Assembly: GCF_006345805.1 (NCBI RefSeq)
Contig: NC_043001.1
Span: 27,156,001-27,220,000 of the forward strand
Direction of reading: 5' to 3'
Length of the DNA stretch: 64,000 nt
Origin: Octopus sinensis
Taxonomy: Eukaryota
Position 1 is the stretch's first letter. Each line of letters opens with the position of its first letter. Below the pieces are notes generated by a model that ran no database searches, had not been told where the DNA came from, and worked only from the letters and a program-made list of their open reading frames with translations. The position numbers were made by a program, and so were the translations under genes. Shown here piece by piece: positions 23,423 to 36,551 of this stretch.

Positions 23423-25624
23423 ACATGTTTGAACCTAATTATGTTAAAACAGTCCAGCTGATTATTATATAAATACTCTTTTGAAATTATCTTAAAATAT
23501 CGTCACACTATCAAGCATTCGTTAAGGTTGGGTGATTCTTAACGAAAAAGATAATTTAATCTCACTAAATATTTCAAGTATTATGCTATAGCTGACATTG
23601 AATAATCGACGTTCAATTTTGAATTATTATGATGTCTTGCAAACAACTTGCACATGCAAGTGCTACCAGTCAAGAACTCCGCATACTGGAAGTCAGCAAG
23701 TGTATGGGGTCATCAGGAGAGAATGCGCGCCGTTTCGGGGCCTACCTCTCGAAGGCATCAATGCGCGCCGGCCCCTCTCACTGATATGAGGCCCCGCTTG
23801 CTAGATCAACTGGTTATTAAATAAAGCTCACTATTTCTCTAGTCATTGCTCATCGTCTCTTTTTAACCAGATCCAGTGGCTAGCCTTCTTCACTGTGGTT
23901 TGGATATCGGTCATGGTGGTATTGACTTTACGATGAGTTAAGCCTAACGATAACAACAGTCTTCTCACACTGTGTCCAACAAACCCTCTACATCCAACTT
24001 CGATTGGAAGAATAGAATTGAATATTTTACTTGAGGACCGCATCTATCTGCTTCAAATGTCGTATATCACCTGAGGGCTGTAAATTAGAGGAATATTGAT
24101 ATAGTTAATTGTTAGTTATCATTATCTTCGACATGTAGGATTTAAAAGGAAAATTATAAAATCCAATGTGATGAAATGTCAAGTTTCTATTGAAAAGTCT
24201 TCAGTGCTCAATTCGTCATTCGTATGGTTGCACACAACCAGCAACATATGATCTGAAAACCAACCAAATATTTATCATAAAAAGTTATGAAAGCTGATAC
24301 AGTTTGGTCACCACAAGGTCCTCTCCTTGTTGCTGTTTGGTAGCTTGTATACCCAAATGACCCTGAGAGCTATGCTAGCGAATTTCAAGCTCCTAGTAGA
24401 GCTTCCCATGTCGGTCAGATCAAAGTAGAGAGGCCAGTCTAATATGAATCACCAGTTCCCAGAAGTAAAAATGGGTTATGTAAGGCCAACACCTAGAAAA
24501 ATGCAAAGTTATAGCATTGATGACAATTCAGAACTAGTAAAACCTAGAAGAGGAAAGCTTTGCATTCCACAGTCGGGGACAGTGAAGGAAAGTCGTCGAT
24601 GGCTAATGCTCCATTGGGAACGTAGGGATTAAGTAAGGTACAGTTTGAACAAATGCTATGATAATAGGAAATTTCTAAAGCCATCCTGGAAGGTACATTT
24701 CCAGGTGAAGTGAACAGTGGCAAAGATAAGGAAGCTCAAAAGGTTTGACATCGGGCTGTCGAAGAACACTTCAGTGCCGTTAGCTGCGGTAAAAGATACG
24801 GCAACATTTTAATAAGATGAAGTAAAAACTATGAATTTTTAATGTACCGTGAGAATAAACACTTCAGGCGAAGATCATCATCATTTTTGCTTTTTACTGC
24901 TTTTTTTTTTTTCAGGCTTTTTCAGATCGGGGAGATCGAAATTTACCTTAAATATTAGTTGGTACCTGTATGGAAAACGTGAGTAAGAAGTGACCTTCAT
25001 TCTGAAAATGCAGTTGCCATGTTTTGATTTTGGCTCTCAACTCTTGATGAAGTCTTAAAGGTACTGTCATGATACAAGACGTGTCTTGGACATCCATCCT
25101 TTCTATGTCTAAGCCCAACCAATTTCTCCTTGAGAAAAAGGGGAAAGAGAGTGTGGGAAAAATGTACACCAGTACAGGAGTTTTATTGGTCGATCCCGAA
25201 AGGATGAAGCTGATAGCGACGATATTTGAACCCAGAACCCAGACAGCCAGAACGAATACCGCAACATAATCACTCTGACGCTCTAATAACTCTGGAAATT
25301 CTCTTACATTCGATATTATTTAATGTCACGATCCGGTTTCGATTTCTGTCTGAGCAATTTAGGTTATTTTCATGAAGTGTTGACAGGGTTAGGCTATAGT
25401 AAATAGACTGGAGAAAAGATGAACGAGTCTCTGCTCCCCATCCAATTGACATATCCATATTAATACTGGCCCTAATGAATTAGTAACAACTAAGAGATGT
25501 TAAAGGATATTTCCTCCTGTGTTGTATTTCTAGCAATCCACTTTACCCACAACAACAACATACATACATATACACTCGACTATCTACCTGTACATCTATT
25601 CCTCCTCCATCATAAGCACGACTA

Positions 25625-25833
25625 GCCGTTCAAGAATTTAGACCTGGAGATCTCCATTTCCAGTGACTTCGAGGGCCACCTACCGGTGGTGTCGGGCGTC
25701 AACAAAGAGCCCTCGACTACAACAAGACGACCAAATTTTTTTTTCCAAGGTCTGGGGTCTCCTGTCCCTAAGCCCTAGACCGTCACCTAACCACCCTTAC
25801 CCGTCTTGTTGCTTAACAACAACAACAACAACA
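25625..25833 (+). mobile_element. 5'-truncated non-LTR retroposon stub with (AAC)n tail
   Basis: 13-bp TSD ATAAGCACGACTA at 25612-25624 and 25834-25846. Confidence 0.8.
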
Positions 25834-25956
25834 ATAAGCACGACTAAACAAATCAAGCGAATCAACGAATGAGCATTCATGCAGTCGCTCGACCTACAAG
25901 AAATAGCAGCCAAATCCTTCTCAAATTACACCCGACTATTAAAAAATATAAGAGCG

Positions 25957-28687
25957 TGTAACGAACTTAGTGTGAATATCCTCGTGCACTTTTGGGGTGC
26001 ACAAAGCAATCACTAGCCGTTGCTTTAATAATCCAGAATTCTACCAGTCAGAAACAACAAGACGCAGACGTAAAAGATATATACTACTTTATTCTCTAAT
26101 GTGGTAACAGTAACAATAAGTGGTTATCTGATGTCCTTGGTTCTGGGCGCGCAAGGCCGAAAGTTAATCGATTGTAATATTTACAATGTCCAGCCGCAAA
26201 AACAGAACGGGTTAAAGATGGCGGCGAACAATGGAGACGATGTTGGTCTGCAACAATTTGGTTAAAGGCCTTTTGGTAAGGACTGCTAGAATCTAATCCA
26301 GACGGAGAGAAAATATTTCGTGACCGTCGCCTTCAGTCGCTGCTGTCTCAAGTCCCCGCTGACTGCTGCTAGTGGTCAAACGTTCTACGACCCCCTTGCC
26401 TCGCTAACTGCTACGTAGGCAATAGGGTTCTTCTTCCGGTGGTTCGCGCATGCGCGAGAGGGCCCTTCCTTTCTGTGCCTTGGTGAAGGCACCAACACTC
26501 GCACACGCGAAATAGAAAATGGACGGTGCGCGCGCGCGCACCGTTATAGGATCACTACAAGGCTCCCCTCCAGTGCGTACGCACGAAGGAAACTTATTGT
26601 AGTGACTGCAAAACTCAAGGTGGACACCAGATAACCAAACAGCACACAATATAATAAAATGGCAAAATTTATAACATACACAAGAAATTTACTAAAGGAA
26701 AAAGAGAAAAAATACTCAATGAGCAAAAATCAAGAGTGCATGCATGAAAGTGTATACGTCACAAAGTATAAAGCCTTCCGCTGTAGGGAGCGGAGGGAAA
26801 GCAAAACTCACAGTCAATGAACCTAGGCGAAATTAAAATCCAACTTCTCTAAAGGTGATTGATCCTGCAAAATAGCAGTTAAATCAATTGCTGCAGGAGA
26901 GGAAATGGAATTGACAGAAGCTCGCTAGTAACACAAAAGGCAAAAGTGCAAACATGCTGGTGTGATGCGCGACACAGATAATTTTCTGTTAATTACGTGA
27001 CCAACAGTGGTCTAACAGGGAAAAATAATTACGCCTAAACATGGCGCAGCGCATGTGAACATCCGACGTCCTATGAGTCGGGAAATATGAATGAAGCTAC
27101 CGCAAACGTGTTGCAAAAAACAAGGCAATACACGTGCGAAGCAAGGGCGCATGAAATGCAATAGTGCTGCCAGACCGAAAAACAGCAATGAATATGCCAG
27201 TGGTTGAGCGATTATATGCCTCGTTCGTACAGGAACAAAAGTATGACATGCTGGCGCGTTATAATGGACAAACAACCCTCTCTATGTATACGTGACCGCT
27301 AGGGTCTATAGAAATGAGGGGTGTCCACAAAAGGCAAATTCAGCATGGAAAAAAAACAGCGAGAAAAGCATGTGTGACGTATGTATGTGAGAGAGAGCAT
27401 TTATGTGTGTGTACGTGTGTGCGACAGAAATACATACAAGGTGAATGCGAGCAAAATATTAAAAAAATACAGCGCATAGAAAAAATGTCTCTCGGGGCTA
27501 TCACAGACAAGAGTTAATTTACCAGTCTGTAATAGCCTGATGCACAATAGCAGTTCGTTCTGTAACAGAATGTTGAGATCACAAATGCAGATGCCGGTTG
27601 AACACAATGTGTAGCGGTTGTAGCTTCGATGCTGTGACATGTTAACTGGAACAGAAGAATCTCGTAGATAGACGGTGCTGTAAATTCTTGGTGTGCATAT
27701 GCACATACAGCGTGCACGCTAAAGTTCCGCGAGTTGCTATGTACATCTTGTGGAGGTCGACGGTGTTGAAAGGCGACGGTGGTGGTGGAAGGCGACTGTA
27801 GTGGACTTGAGACAACATTGTTCTTAGTGATGATGGCGACGAAGATAGCGACGACGTGAAGTAGAAAGACGACGATGGCGATGACGAAGGTGGAGAAAAG
27901 GCATCGAATATATGATGGCGTCCGTCATCATGGCTGTAGAATAAGAAAGAGGCTCCTTCTACAACTGTTTGTGGTGGCCGGAAACAAATCGTCGAAAGAT
28001 GAATGCGTAGAGTTAATCGTGTTCCGACTTCGCAGAAAAACTGGATTTTTTGTTGATAAGTGATCTCTGGTTTTAGACCAGAATCACGTCGGGGGTCCAC
28101 CAGTGTAACGAACTTAGTGTGAATATCCTCGTGCACTTTTGGGGTGCACAAAGGCAATCACTAGCCGTTGCTTTAATAATCCAGAATTCTACCAGTCAGA
28201 AACAACAAGACGCAGACGTAAAAGATATACACTACTTTATTCTCTAATGTGGTAACAGTAACAATAAGTGGTTATCTGATGTCCTTGGTTCTGGGCGCGC
28301 AAGGCTGAAAGTTAATCGATTGTAATATTTACAATGTCCAGCCGCAAAAACAGAACGGGTTAAAGATGGCGGCGAACAATGGAGACGATGTTGGTCTGCA
28401 ACAATTTGGTTAAAGGCCTTTTGGTAAGGACTGCTAGAAAATATTTCGTGACCGTCGCCTTCAGTCGCTGCTGTCTCAAGTCCCCGCTGACTGCTGCTAG
28501 TGGTCAAACGTTCTACGACCCCCTTGCCTCGCTAACTGCTACGTAGGCAATAGGGTTCTTCTTCCGGTGGTTCGCGCATGCGCGAGAGGGCCCTTCCTTT
28601 CTGTGCCTTGGTGAAGGCACCAACACTCGCACGCGCGAAATAGAAAATGGACGGTGCGCGCGCGCGCACCGTTATAGGATCACTACA
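25957..28687 (-). mobile_element. Non-autonomous LTR retrotransposon (Gypsy-type signals): 5' LTR 28104-28687, 3' LTR 25957-26559, 1544-bp internal region without gag/pol
   Basis: TG...CA LTR ends. 4-bp TSD AGCG at 25953-25956 and 28688-28691. PBS TGGTGGACCCCCGACGTGAT at 28083-28102. PPT GGAGGGGAGCCT at 26560-26571. LTRs differ by 3 substitutions, a 1-bp indel and a 20-bp indel. Confidence 0.93.
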
Positions 28688-29614
28688 AGCGCATTTTGAT
28701 AATATAGATCTCAATATTCTATATCTGAAAAAGAATAGAAAAATAGTGGTGGTGGTCATAACTGAAAAGTCTTCAAACATAGAATTGATGTGAGGCTAGA
28801 CATTGGATTATGTAGTCCTATATAGAATTTGACTGAAGAAAAAACACTAACAACAAAAGCAATAACATAAGACATCATTGCCACAGGTGATACATTTTGG
28901 TCATATGTCTGCTTGATCAGAGCTGACACCAGAGGCTTTAAAAAGGTAAACTAAGAAATCAACAAAGCGGTATGTCACTTATTTTTCTGCGATGTTCAAG
29001 GTAATACGCCTTATCCGTAACAACCTGCGCTGACAAGGAAGGATTGTCTGATTTTATGCACTCTTTCTTTCTTCCTTCTTTTTTTTTTTTTCTTCTTTAA
29101 TCTGTTGACACCGTCACTGTTCTTTGTTTGCTTATCATGTGTTAAATGAAACTACAAATAATAGCGTGTAAATTTTGGGTTAAAAAACCCTTTGGACAGA
29201 AAGCATATTTTATGCAGTTGACGGCTGTGGTTACCCCCCCCCCACACACACACAGAGTTGTCTAAAACTTCGCGTGACAGGCACTCATACATCGGTTATT
29301 AATAAAATATGTTACATCCCCATATCGGCCTCTTTAACAATTAGTTTCATATCAGGAGATAACCTCGGCAATCGTCGGAGAAAGCTGAACAGAGTAGTAT
29401 GGCGAGGGTTCTATGTCCCTAAAGAGATGACAGTGTCACATCCGGCTTTCGGTACTCCAGTGACTAGGAACGCATTCCACACTATTCTGTTCGGCCCTTT
29501 CTAATGATTATCGGGATTATCTCAATTCCTGTATGAAAAAAAAACTGATAAAATGACTGATATGAGAATATATTTTCTCTTTTATAGTACACACACACAC
29601 ACACACACACACAG

Positions 29615-29892
29615 ATATGAAAGAAGGTTTGAAAATGCAATTTTAAAGATGTTTATTCACTTGACCGGTTTCAATTTTTAGTAAAAGATTATCAAAAGTA
29701 AAATGTGAAGCTTTGTATAAGCTTTGTTGTGTTAAGTACTGGTTATCACAAAATTTTGTGACAACCAGTACTTAACACAACAAAGCTTATACCAAGCTTT
29801 ACATTTTACTTTTGATAATCTTTTACTAAAAAGTGAAACCGGTCAAGTGAATAAACATCTTTAAAATTACATTTTCAAACCTTCTTTCATAT
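29615..29892. mobile_element. About 278-bp near-perfect palindrome of two inverted PLE-like termini, each with a U3-A8 hammerhead motif
   Basis: Arms are reverse complements around about 29753. Plus arm 29805-29851 reads TTTACTT/TTGATAA/TCTTTT-ACTA-AAAAGT/GAAA/CCGG/TC^/AAGTGAA. Confidence 0.75.
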
Positions 29893-29931
29893 ATATTTCC
29901 ACTCGTACGGTACCTTACAACTTCACTTTGT

Positions 29932-29966
<35 letters not shown>

Positions 29967-29980
29967 GCATACATATATTC

Positions 29981-30381
29981 TCTTTTACTTGTTTCAGTCA
30001 TTTGACTGTGGCCATGCTGGAGCACCACCTTTAGTCGAGCAAATCAACCCCAGGACTTATTCTTTGTAAGCCTAGTACTTACTATATCGGTCTCTTTTGC
30101 CGAACCGCTAAGTTACGGGGAGGTAAACACACCAGCATCGGTTGTCAAGCGATGTTGGGGGGGACAAACAAAAACACACAAACATATACACACACATACA
30201 TATATATACACATATATACGACAGGCTTCTTTCAGTTTCCGTCTACCAAATCCACTCACAAGGCTTTAGTCGGACCGAGGCTATAGTAGAAGATACTTGC
30301 CCAAGGTGCCATGCAGTGAGACTGAACCCGGAACCATGTGGTTCGTAAGCAAGCTACTTACCACACAGCCACTACTACGCC
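29981..30381 (-). mobile_element. SINE family C, full length
   Basis: Homologous to 20955-21490. Confidence 0.9.
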
Positions 30382-30544
30382 TACATACATACATATATAT
30401 ATAATAGATCGCTGCTATATAGAGAGCTACCGTTGTTTTGCCCAAGATGCATCAGCTATGCATCTGTTCTTGAAACAGCCGTAAGGTACTTTCTGCACAC
30501 CTTATTACTTCCTTTCCTCTTATGATCTCTACTCATATAACAGA

Positions 30545-30743
30545 GACCGCGTATGTATTGTTGGCGATTTTTCTCCGATTCCCTTCCTTGGATCTTTCCT
30601 TTTTCTATGTTTCTAACGAAGAGCTCCGCTCAGAACGTTAAATCCTCCTTCTTTCTTTCCTTTCTTGAGCGTCCAATAACACTATACTTGTTCCACGTCC
30701 TCGCGTTGTTGTGTTTTCTCCTGGTGTTTTCATGTTTGGATTA

Positions 30744-30756
<13 letters not shown>
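30545..30756 (+). mobile_element. Penelope-like terminal repeat with decayed hammerhead motif (30609-30643), same family as 36745-36990
   Basis: GTTT-CTAACGA-AGAGCTCCGCTC-AGAA-CGTT-AAAT. Ends at (TA)n. Confidence 0.65.
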
Positions 30757-30788
<32 letters not shown>

Positions 30789-30794
30789 TCACAT

Positions 30795-31090
30795 TTCGTT
30801 GTTTTTGTATTTGGTTTGCAAGATTCTTTATGTGAATTCGTGCATTGAAGCTTATTTTACTGTGTCTGGGGTGACTCATTCTGTTTTAATGCCTTATTAA
30901 TTAATGCACTCACCGGCTCGATTTCCAACTATCAAAGAGGTTAGGTTGCAAGAAGATATAAAAACTTTAGAAAAAATAAATAAGTAAATGAGTGGAAACG
31001 AACTGGTGAGTGCATTAATTAATAAGGCACTAAAAGAGATTGACTCTCCCCAGACACAATAAAATATGCTTCAACACACGAATTCTCCTA
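30795..31090. mobile_element. Inverted pair of PLE-like termini related to 10501-10855
   Basis: Internal inverted arms. Shared TTTGCAAGATTCTTTAT.TGA.TTCGTG and GACTCTCCCCAGACAC. Starts at (TA)n. Confidence 0.6.
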
Positions 31091-31792
31091 AAGGATTTTT
31101 CAAACGTATATTAATAATGATAAGCTTGACCTGTTGTAATACTGTCTAAAGAATATGCACTACGTGCTATGGTAACAGGGAAATTAGTAACTATGGTATC
31201 AATAGGGACAATTGCCATATCGGCAACAACACAAATAAAAGTAAAAATAAAAACAAAATTTCTTCACACAAACCCCAAACTAATTATAGAGATAAGAAGC
31301 ATAGCGTACACAAAAGTAAAAACGGGAATAAACGTGACGTAACATGGTATAACCCTCCCTTCAATTACATAATAGATACTAATATATGTAGAAAATTATT
31401 TAGCATACTAAAGCGCAATTTCCCTCCTTCACACAAATATTATCGTTTATTATCCCAAGGAAACGTCAGGGTCTCCTAGTAAACACTCCCCAATCTAGGT
31501 ACAATTATAGCTGGCCTGAATAACAAACAGATATCCATGGTGCAGAGAATTAATAATAATACCCCTAACACCACAGCTACTAATAAATAATTGCAGTAGT
31601 AATAACAATAATGATAATATTAATATTCCTCCTATCACTACTATCTCAACCGACACTAATACTGTACACACCAATACCATCAGCGAGCAAGTCCTGCCAA
31701 TTGATAGATATTAGCAGAATGGTACTTTATTTTATCGACTTCGAAGGGATGAACGGCTAAGTTGACCCCAGTGAGGGTTGAACCCAGAATGT

Positions 31793-32204
31793 AAGAAAAT
31801 GGAGATTGGGAACTTAATAATTGTCTATTATTAACAGCAAATTGGTCATCTTCACTCACAGCCGTTTCAGTTGATACTCATTAAACATTAGATTTACATT
31901 TATGTGACATGAGTATAATATCATCATCAAAGGAAAAAAAAGATGTACCTTTGGATGTTATATGTTTGCTTATGAATTCATTTGAGCAAACTCATGAGTT
32001 TATTTTAGTCTGCTAAAATGAATTCATAGACACACATATAACATCCAAAGGTACATCTTTTTTTTTCCTCTGAGGATATTATGCTCATGTCACATAAATA
32101 TAAGTTTAACGTTTATTGAGTATCCGCTGAAACGGCTGTAAGTGAAGATGACCAGTTTGCTGTTAATGATAAATAATTATTAACTTTCCAATCTCCATTT
32201 TCTT
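31793..32204. repeat. About 410-bp imperfect palindrome (foldback element)
   Basis: AAGAAAATGGAGATTGG...CCAATCTCCATTTTCTT ends, with arms complementary up to a short central spacer near 32000. Confidence 0.85.
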
Positions 32205-33840
32205 TTCTTCTTATATTGGAACCGTCCAACCCATGCTAGCATGGAGAACGGACGTTAAACGACGATGATGATATGACCCTAAAACTGTACAGTCCACAAT
32301 ATTACTTTGTACTAGGTGAGGTGCTAACCTCCCCTGTTCGAAAATATAAGGACACAGGTCGTGTGTCATATAGCCAGCTGGAGACGATGTCTCCTACAGC
32401 TAAACAACAGTAGCATTCGCCCCAAAATGGTTCTGCCACATTAGGCTGGCAAAAATATCATTACTTTAAAGTGCTGCTACTGAATGTCTCTCATTGAGAG
32501 ATTTAGGAGCAACAATGTTTCTATTTTATATATATATTCATATATACTCGCTGATGTACCCGGTAATTCCTGGAAACGGGGCTTATCCCTTGGTTCTATA
32601 TTTGTTGTCTGACTGAGTTTTGTTGATCTTTGGCTGCCAAGTTTTGTTGATCTGGGGCTGCCGAAAATATTCTTTCTTTACCCTGTACAACATAATTTTT
32701 AGATTCAGTATTGCAGTACCAACAGTGTCTTTTACATTTAGTCATTTAGTTCTTTTTTTTATCATCATCATCATCATCATCATCATCGTCATCGTCGTCG
32801 TCGTAGTCTTCGTCAACATCATCACTATTATCATTTTTTGAGGAGCTCCGACGCCATTATGATGGTGTTTATATCAGTTACTGTGGTGTTAAACAAATAA
32901 GAGACAAATTCCTTTCTCCAAAAAATTGAATTCATCCCTGGAGACCAATAAATTTACTCACCAAGATTTGAACCTGTAGCATCAGGCTTGCCAGATAATC
33001 TCTCAACTTTTCCATCTAATTTCATGTCATTACTTTTGCATGTAATTACATTCTTCCTCACTATGCAAAATATTTTTTAACACATATATATTATATGCAT
33101 ATAGAGACATAGATATAAGTATTCATTCATACATGCAAAGCTAAACACACAAATTCATGCCAAAATATGCGTATATATATATATATATATATGTTCACAT
33201 AATCCAGTAATTCATATAATTTTAATTGTTACCTAATGCTTTTTCTTTTGTTTTATTTTCTCTTTATTTGGCATGTGGTGAGGAAGAGAAGTGGTTTATG
33301 ATATTATTTTCAAGGATTACTCACTGTCTTAAGGCAAAGATTATAATTAAAATACAAATATGTGAAATTTTTCCCAAACAACTGCAATATGTAGCATTTT
33401 TTAAAGTTGTTACACAAGAGATAAGCTTTTAACAAGTCTTTTGGCTTACTCTGTTTCAATTCACACATACATCTAGAACTGTTGAGAATACCATGAATAT
33501 CACGGCATCACAAACTCAACATAGGTTTAAAACAGTACATGAAAAGTATATATTATCAGTATAGAGTTATTGTCAGATCTACACCACTAGGTGATAATTT
33601 CTAGTTATCAACATGATTTATATACAATCTGACAAGAGAATATGTGTGTTCAGATTACACTAAAGCTGAATTAAATCCTTTTGGTGAAAAGCAGAATGCT
33701 TCTGAAATTAAATTGGTTTTAAATATTTGTTATATATATATCACAACAAATTTTGTCTAGTTTTCTAATGATTTTGGCAATCCTCTACCCAGAGTGGTGA
33801 TGCATAAAAATGGAGCAAATAATTAATGGTATATTATTAA

Positions 33841-34252
33841 AGGCGGCGAGCTGGCAGAAACGTTAGCACGCCGGGCGAAATGCTTAGCGGTATTTCGTCT
33901 ACGTTACGTTGTGAGTTCAAATTCCGCCGAGGTCGACTTTGCCTTTCATCCTTTCGGGGTCGATAAATTAAGTACCAGTTACACACTGGGGTCGATGTAA
34001 TTGACTTAATACCTATGTCTGTCCTTGTTTGTCCGCTCTGTGTTTAGCCCCTTGTGGGTAATAAAGAAATAGGTATTTCGTCTGCCGCTACGTTCTGAGT
34101 TCAAATTCCGCCGAGGTCGACTTTGCCTTTCATCCTTTCGGGGTCGATTAAATAAGAACCAGTTATGCACTGGGGTTGATATAATCGACTTAATCCGTTT
34201 GTCCTTGTTTGTCCTCTCTGTGTTTAGCCCCTTGTGGGTAGTAAAGATATAA
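33841..34252 (+). mobile_element. SINE family B tandem dimer
   Basis: Full copy plus a second copy starting at GTATTTCGTCTG. GTATATTATT duplicated at the flanks. Confidence 0.9.
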
Positions 34253-34615
34253 GTATATTATTGAAGAAATGTGTAAAATATGTAAGTAAAACATAAAGTT
34301 ATGTCATGGCTCATACCATATTACATAACCCAAAGTATATCCTAAGCAGATACACAACACAATCACCATGCAATAAAGTAACACAGCTCACTCAGCCCAG
34401 AGTCTACACAACAATCAAAGCTTTAATAGGCACAGGCATAGTTGTGAGATTAAGAAGCTTGTTTAACAACCACTTGGTTTCAAGTTCAGTCCCACTCCAC
34501 AGCACATTGGGCAAATATCATCTACTACAGCTTGTGAGTCAGCCAATACTTATGACTGAATTTGGTAAATGGAAACCATGGAAGCCTGTCGTGTGTGTGT
34601 GTATATATTTATCTA

Positions 34616-35796
34616 TTGGGTTGGCAACTAAGTTCCCACTGTTTTTTTTTTAATTTTGGAATTTAATGTGTTTTTAAATTTTGGAATCTTTTTTTCTTTT
34701 TTTAGTTAATTTTTGCTTATTTTCAGATCATTAAAATGGAATTTCAAGTTAAGAAGAATGAGCATTTTTGACACTGCTTTTAATCAAGGTTCCAAGCCCA
34801 GAAAAGCTTTTCGCGACATTCGTGCTGTGTATGGAGAGGGTGCCACAGCTGAAAGAACCGCTTGTGATTGGTATGCCAAGTTCAAAAGTGGAAATTTTGA
34901 CCCCAAAACACACCTCACTCTGGCTGTCCAGTTGAGTTTGATGTAGAGTGATTAAACCAACTTTTGCACAAAAATTCTCGTCAAATGACAAAGGAATTAG
35001 CAGAGAAAATAGAATGCTCCCACACTGCTATAGAGAAACATCTTCACTCGATGGGAAAGGTTCAGAAGTATGGAGCATGGGTTCTGCATGCTTTAAGTGA
35101 CAACAACAAAAATCAATGAGCCATAATCTCCACTGTTTTGCTTGCTTGTCACCACTGAACTCATAGACACAAGCAACGATTTCTTTACTGAATCTTTACT
35201 GGTGTCTGTACATCAATATGAAGCAGAGTAAGGAATGGCTTAGCCCTGGTAAACAAGTGACATCACACATGAAATAAGATCTTCATCCGTGTAAAACGAT
35301 GTTGTGCGTATGGTGGAACTGGGAAGGGATTATCCATTATGAATTGCTTGAACAGAACCAAACAGTCAACGCGGAACTCTATGTTCAACAGGTGGAACGA
35401 CTCAGCACTGCTATTCAAGAGAAAAGACCTAATATGCAGCTTGGAGTTCTTCTGCAGCATGCCAATATGACCAAGGAAGCCATTCAAACGCATGGCTGGG
35501 AAGTGCTGCCACACCCACCGTACTCTCCTGCTTTGACACCAATGGACTTCCACATCTTTCGATCTCTTTCAAATGTTATGCGTAGAGCTTCATTCAATAC
35601 TGATGCAGAATTGAGAGCTTGGTTGGATCAAATTTTCAAGTCGAAATCGGGTGATTTCTACCAACGAGGTATTAAAAATCTTGTTGAATGTTGGGAAGAA
35701 GTTGTAAACAAGAAATGTGAATACATTATTGATCAATTAGTTGTTATTTTTTATTAAACCTTTTAAAAAACGGCGGGAACTTAGTTGCCAACCTAA
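34616..35796 (+). mobile_element. Near full-length mariner (D,D34D) element with a degenerate transposase (about 34736-35745)
   Basis: TIR TTGGGTTGGCAACTAAGTTCCC at both ends, TA TSDs. MLCVWWNWEGIIHYELL and WEVLPHPPYSP motifs. Multiple stops and frameshifts. Confidence 0.95.
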
Positions 35797-36551
35797 TATA
35801 TATATATATATATTATTTTATTCATTAGGAATAAAAATTCCGGCGTCACAGAGATTCAAATAAATTGAATTGTTCTCGATAAGGAAATATATATTATTTA
35901 GAGATGGAAGTCCCCATGCAATTCATCAAATCCTAATATACTAATATCCTAATATATCATAATATAATCCTAATATCCTAATATATCATAAAATTTTATT
36001 TTAATACTTACTAATCAGTTCTAAATTTCTCTTCTACACATGTTTCATGAGGTGCGTTTAACGTTCCCTAGACACTCAATCTTTTACAGAAACATGTCTT
36101 AACTGCAACCCCAATTGTCAGGACTCTTGATAACTTTCAATAACAGTTTCTATATTTTAATATTGTAACAGTTATGAATGTAATTAACAGACAAATATGC
36201 GTGTGCACAAATGAATTCGCCGGACCTTGCTGTGCAAGCCATAATTTAATTGATTAAAAATTAAAAATTTACAAAACTAAATTCAAACGTGACTTATGCC
36301 TATAAACATGCAAATAAATTAATAATATGTAGGAATGAAGAAAATTATAATATAATAATGAAAAGACTGTATAATAGGGATGATATAATAATGAAAAGAC
36401 TATATAATATAGAGATGATAAAATAATCCGTGACAAAGAAATATATATTTGAATAAAAACTGTAGTTAAAAGCGGATGTAAACAAATGCGAATGAATGAC
36501 AAAATGCAAAAAATATACATAAAAAGATATATAATGAAATCTATATAACTC

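Noticed and set aside
24916-24951. Strong acceptor followed by AFSDRGDRNLP-stop
   Set aside because: No upstream partner exons were found, so it cannot be supported as a terminal exon.
27642-28157. 171-aa ORF as gag of the LTR element
   Set aside because: Starts inside the LTR, crosses the PBS, is Ser-rich low complexity, and has no gag or zinc-knuckle motif.
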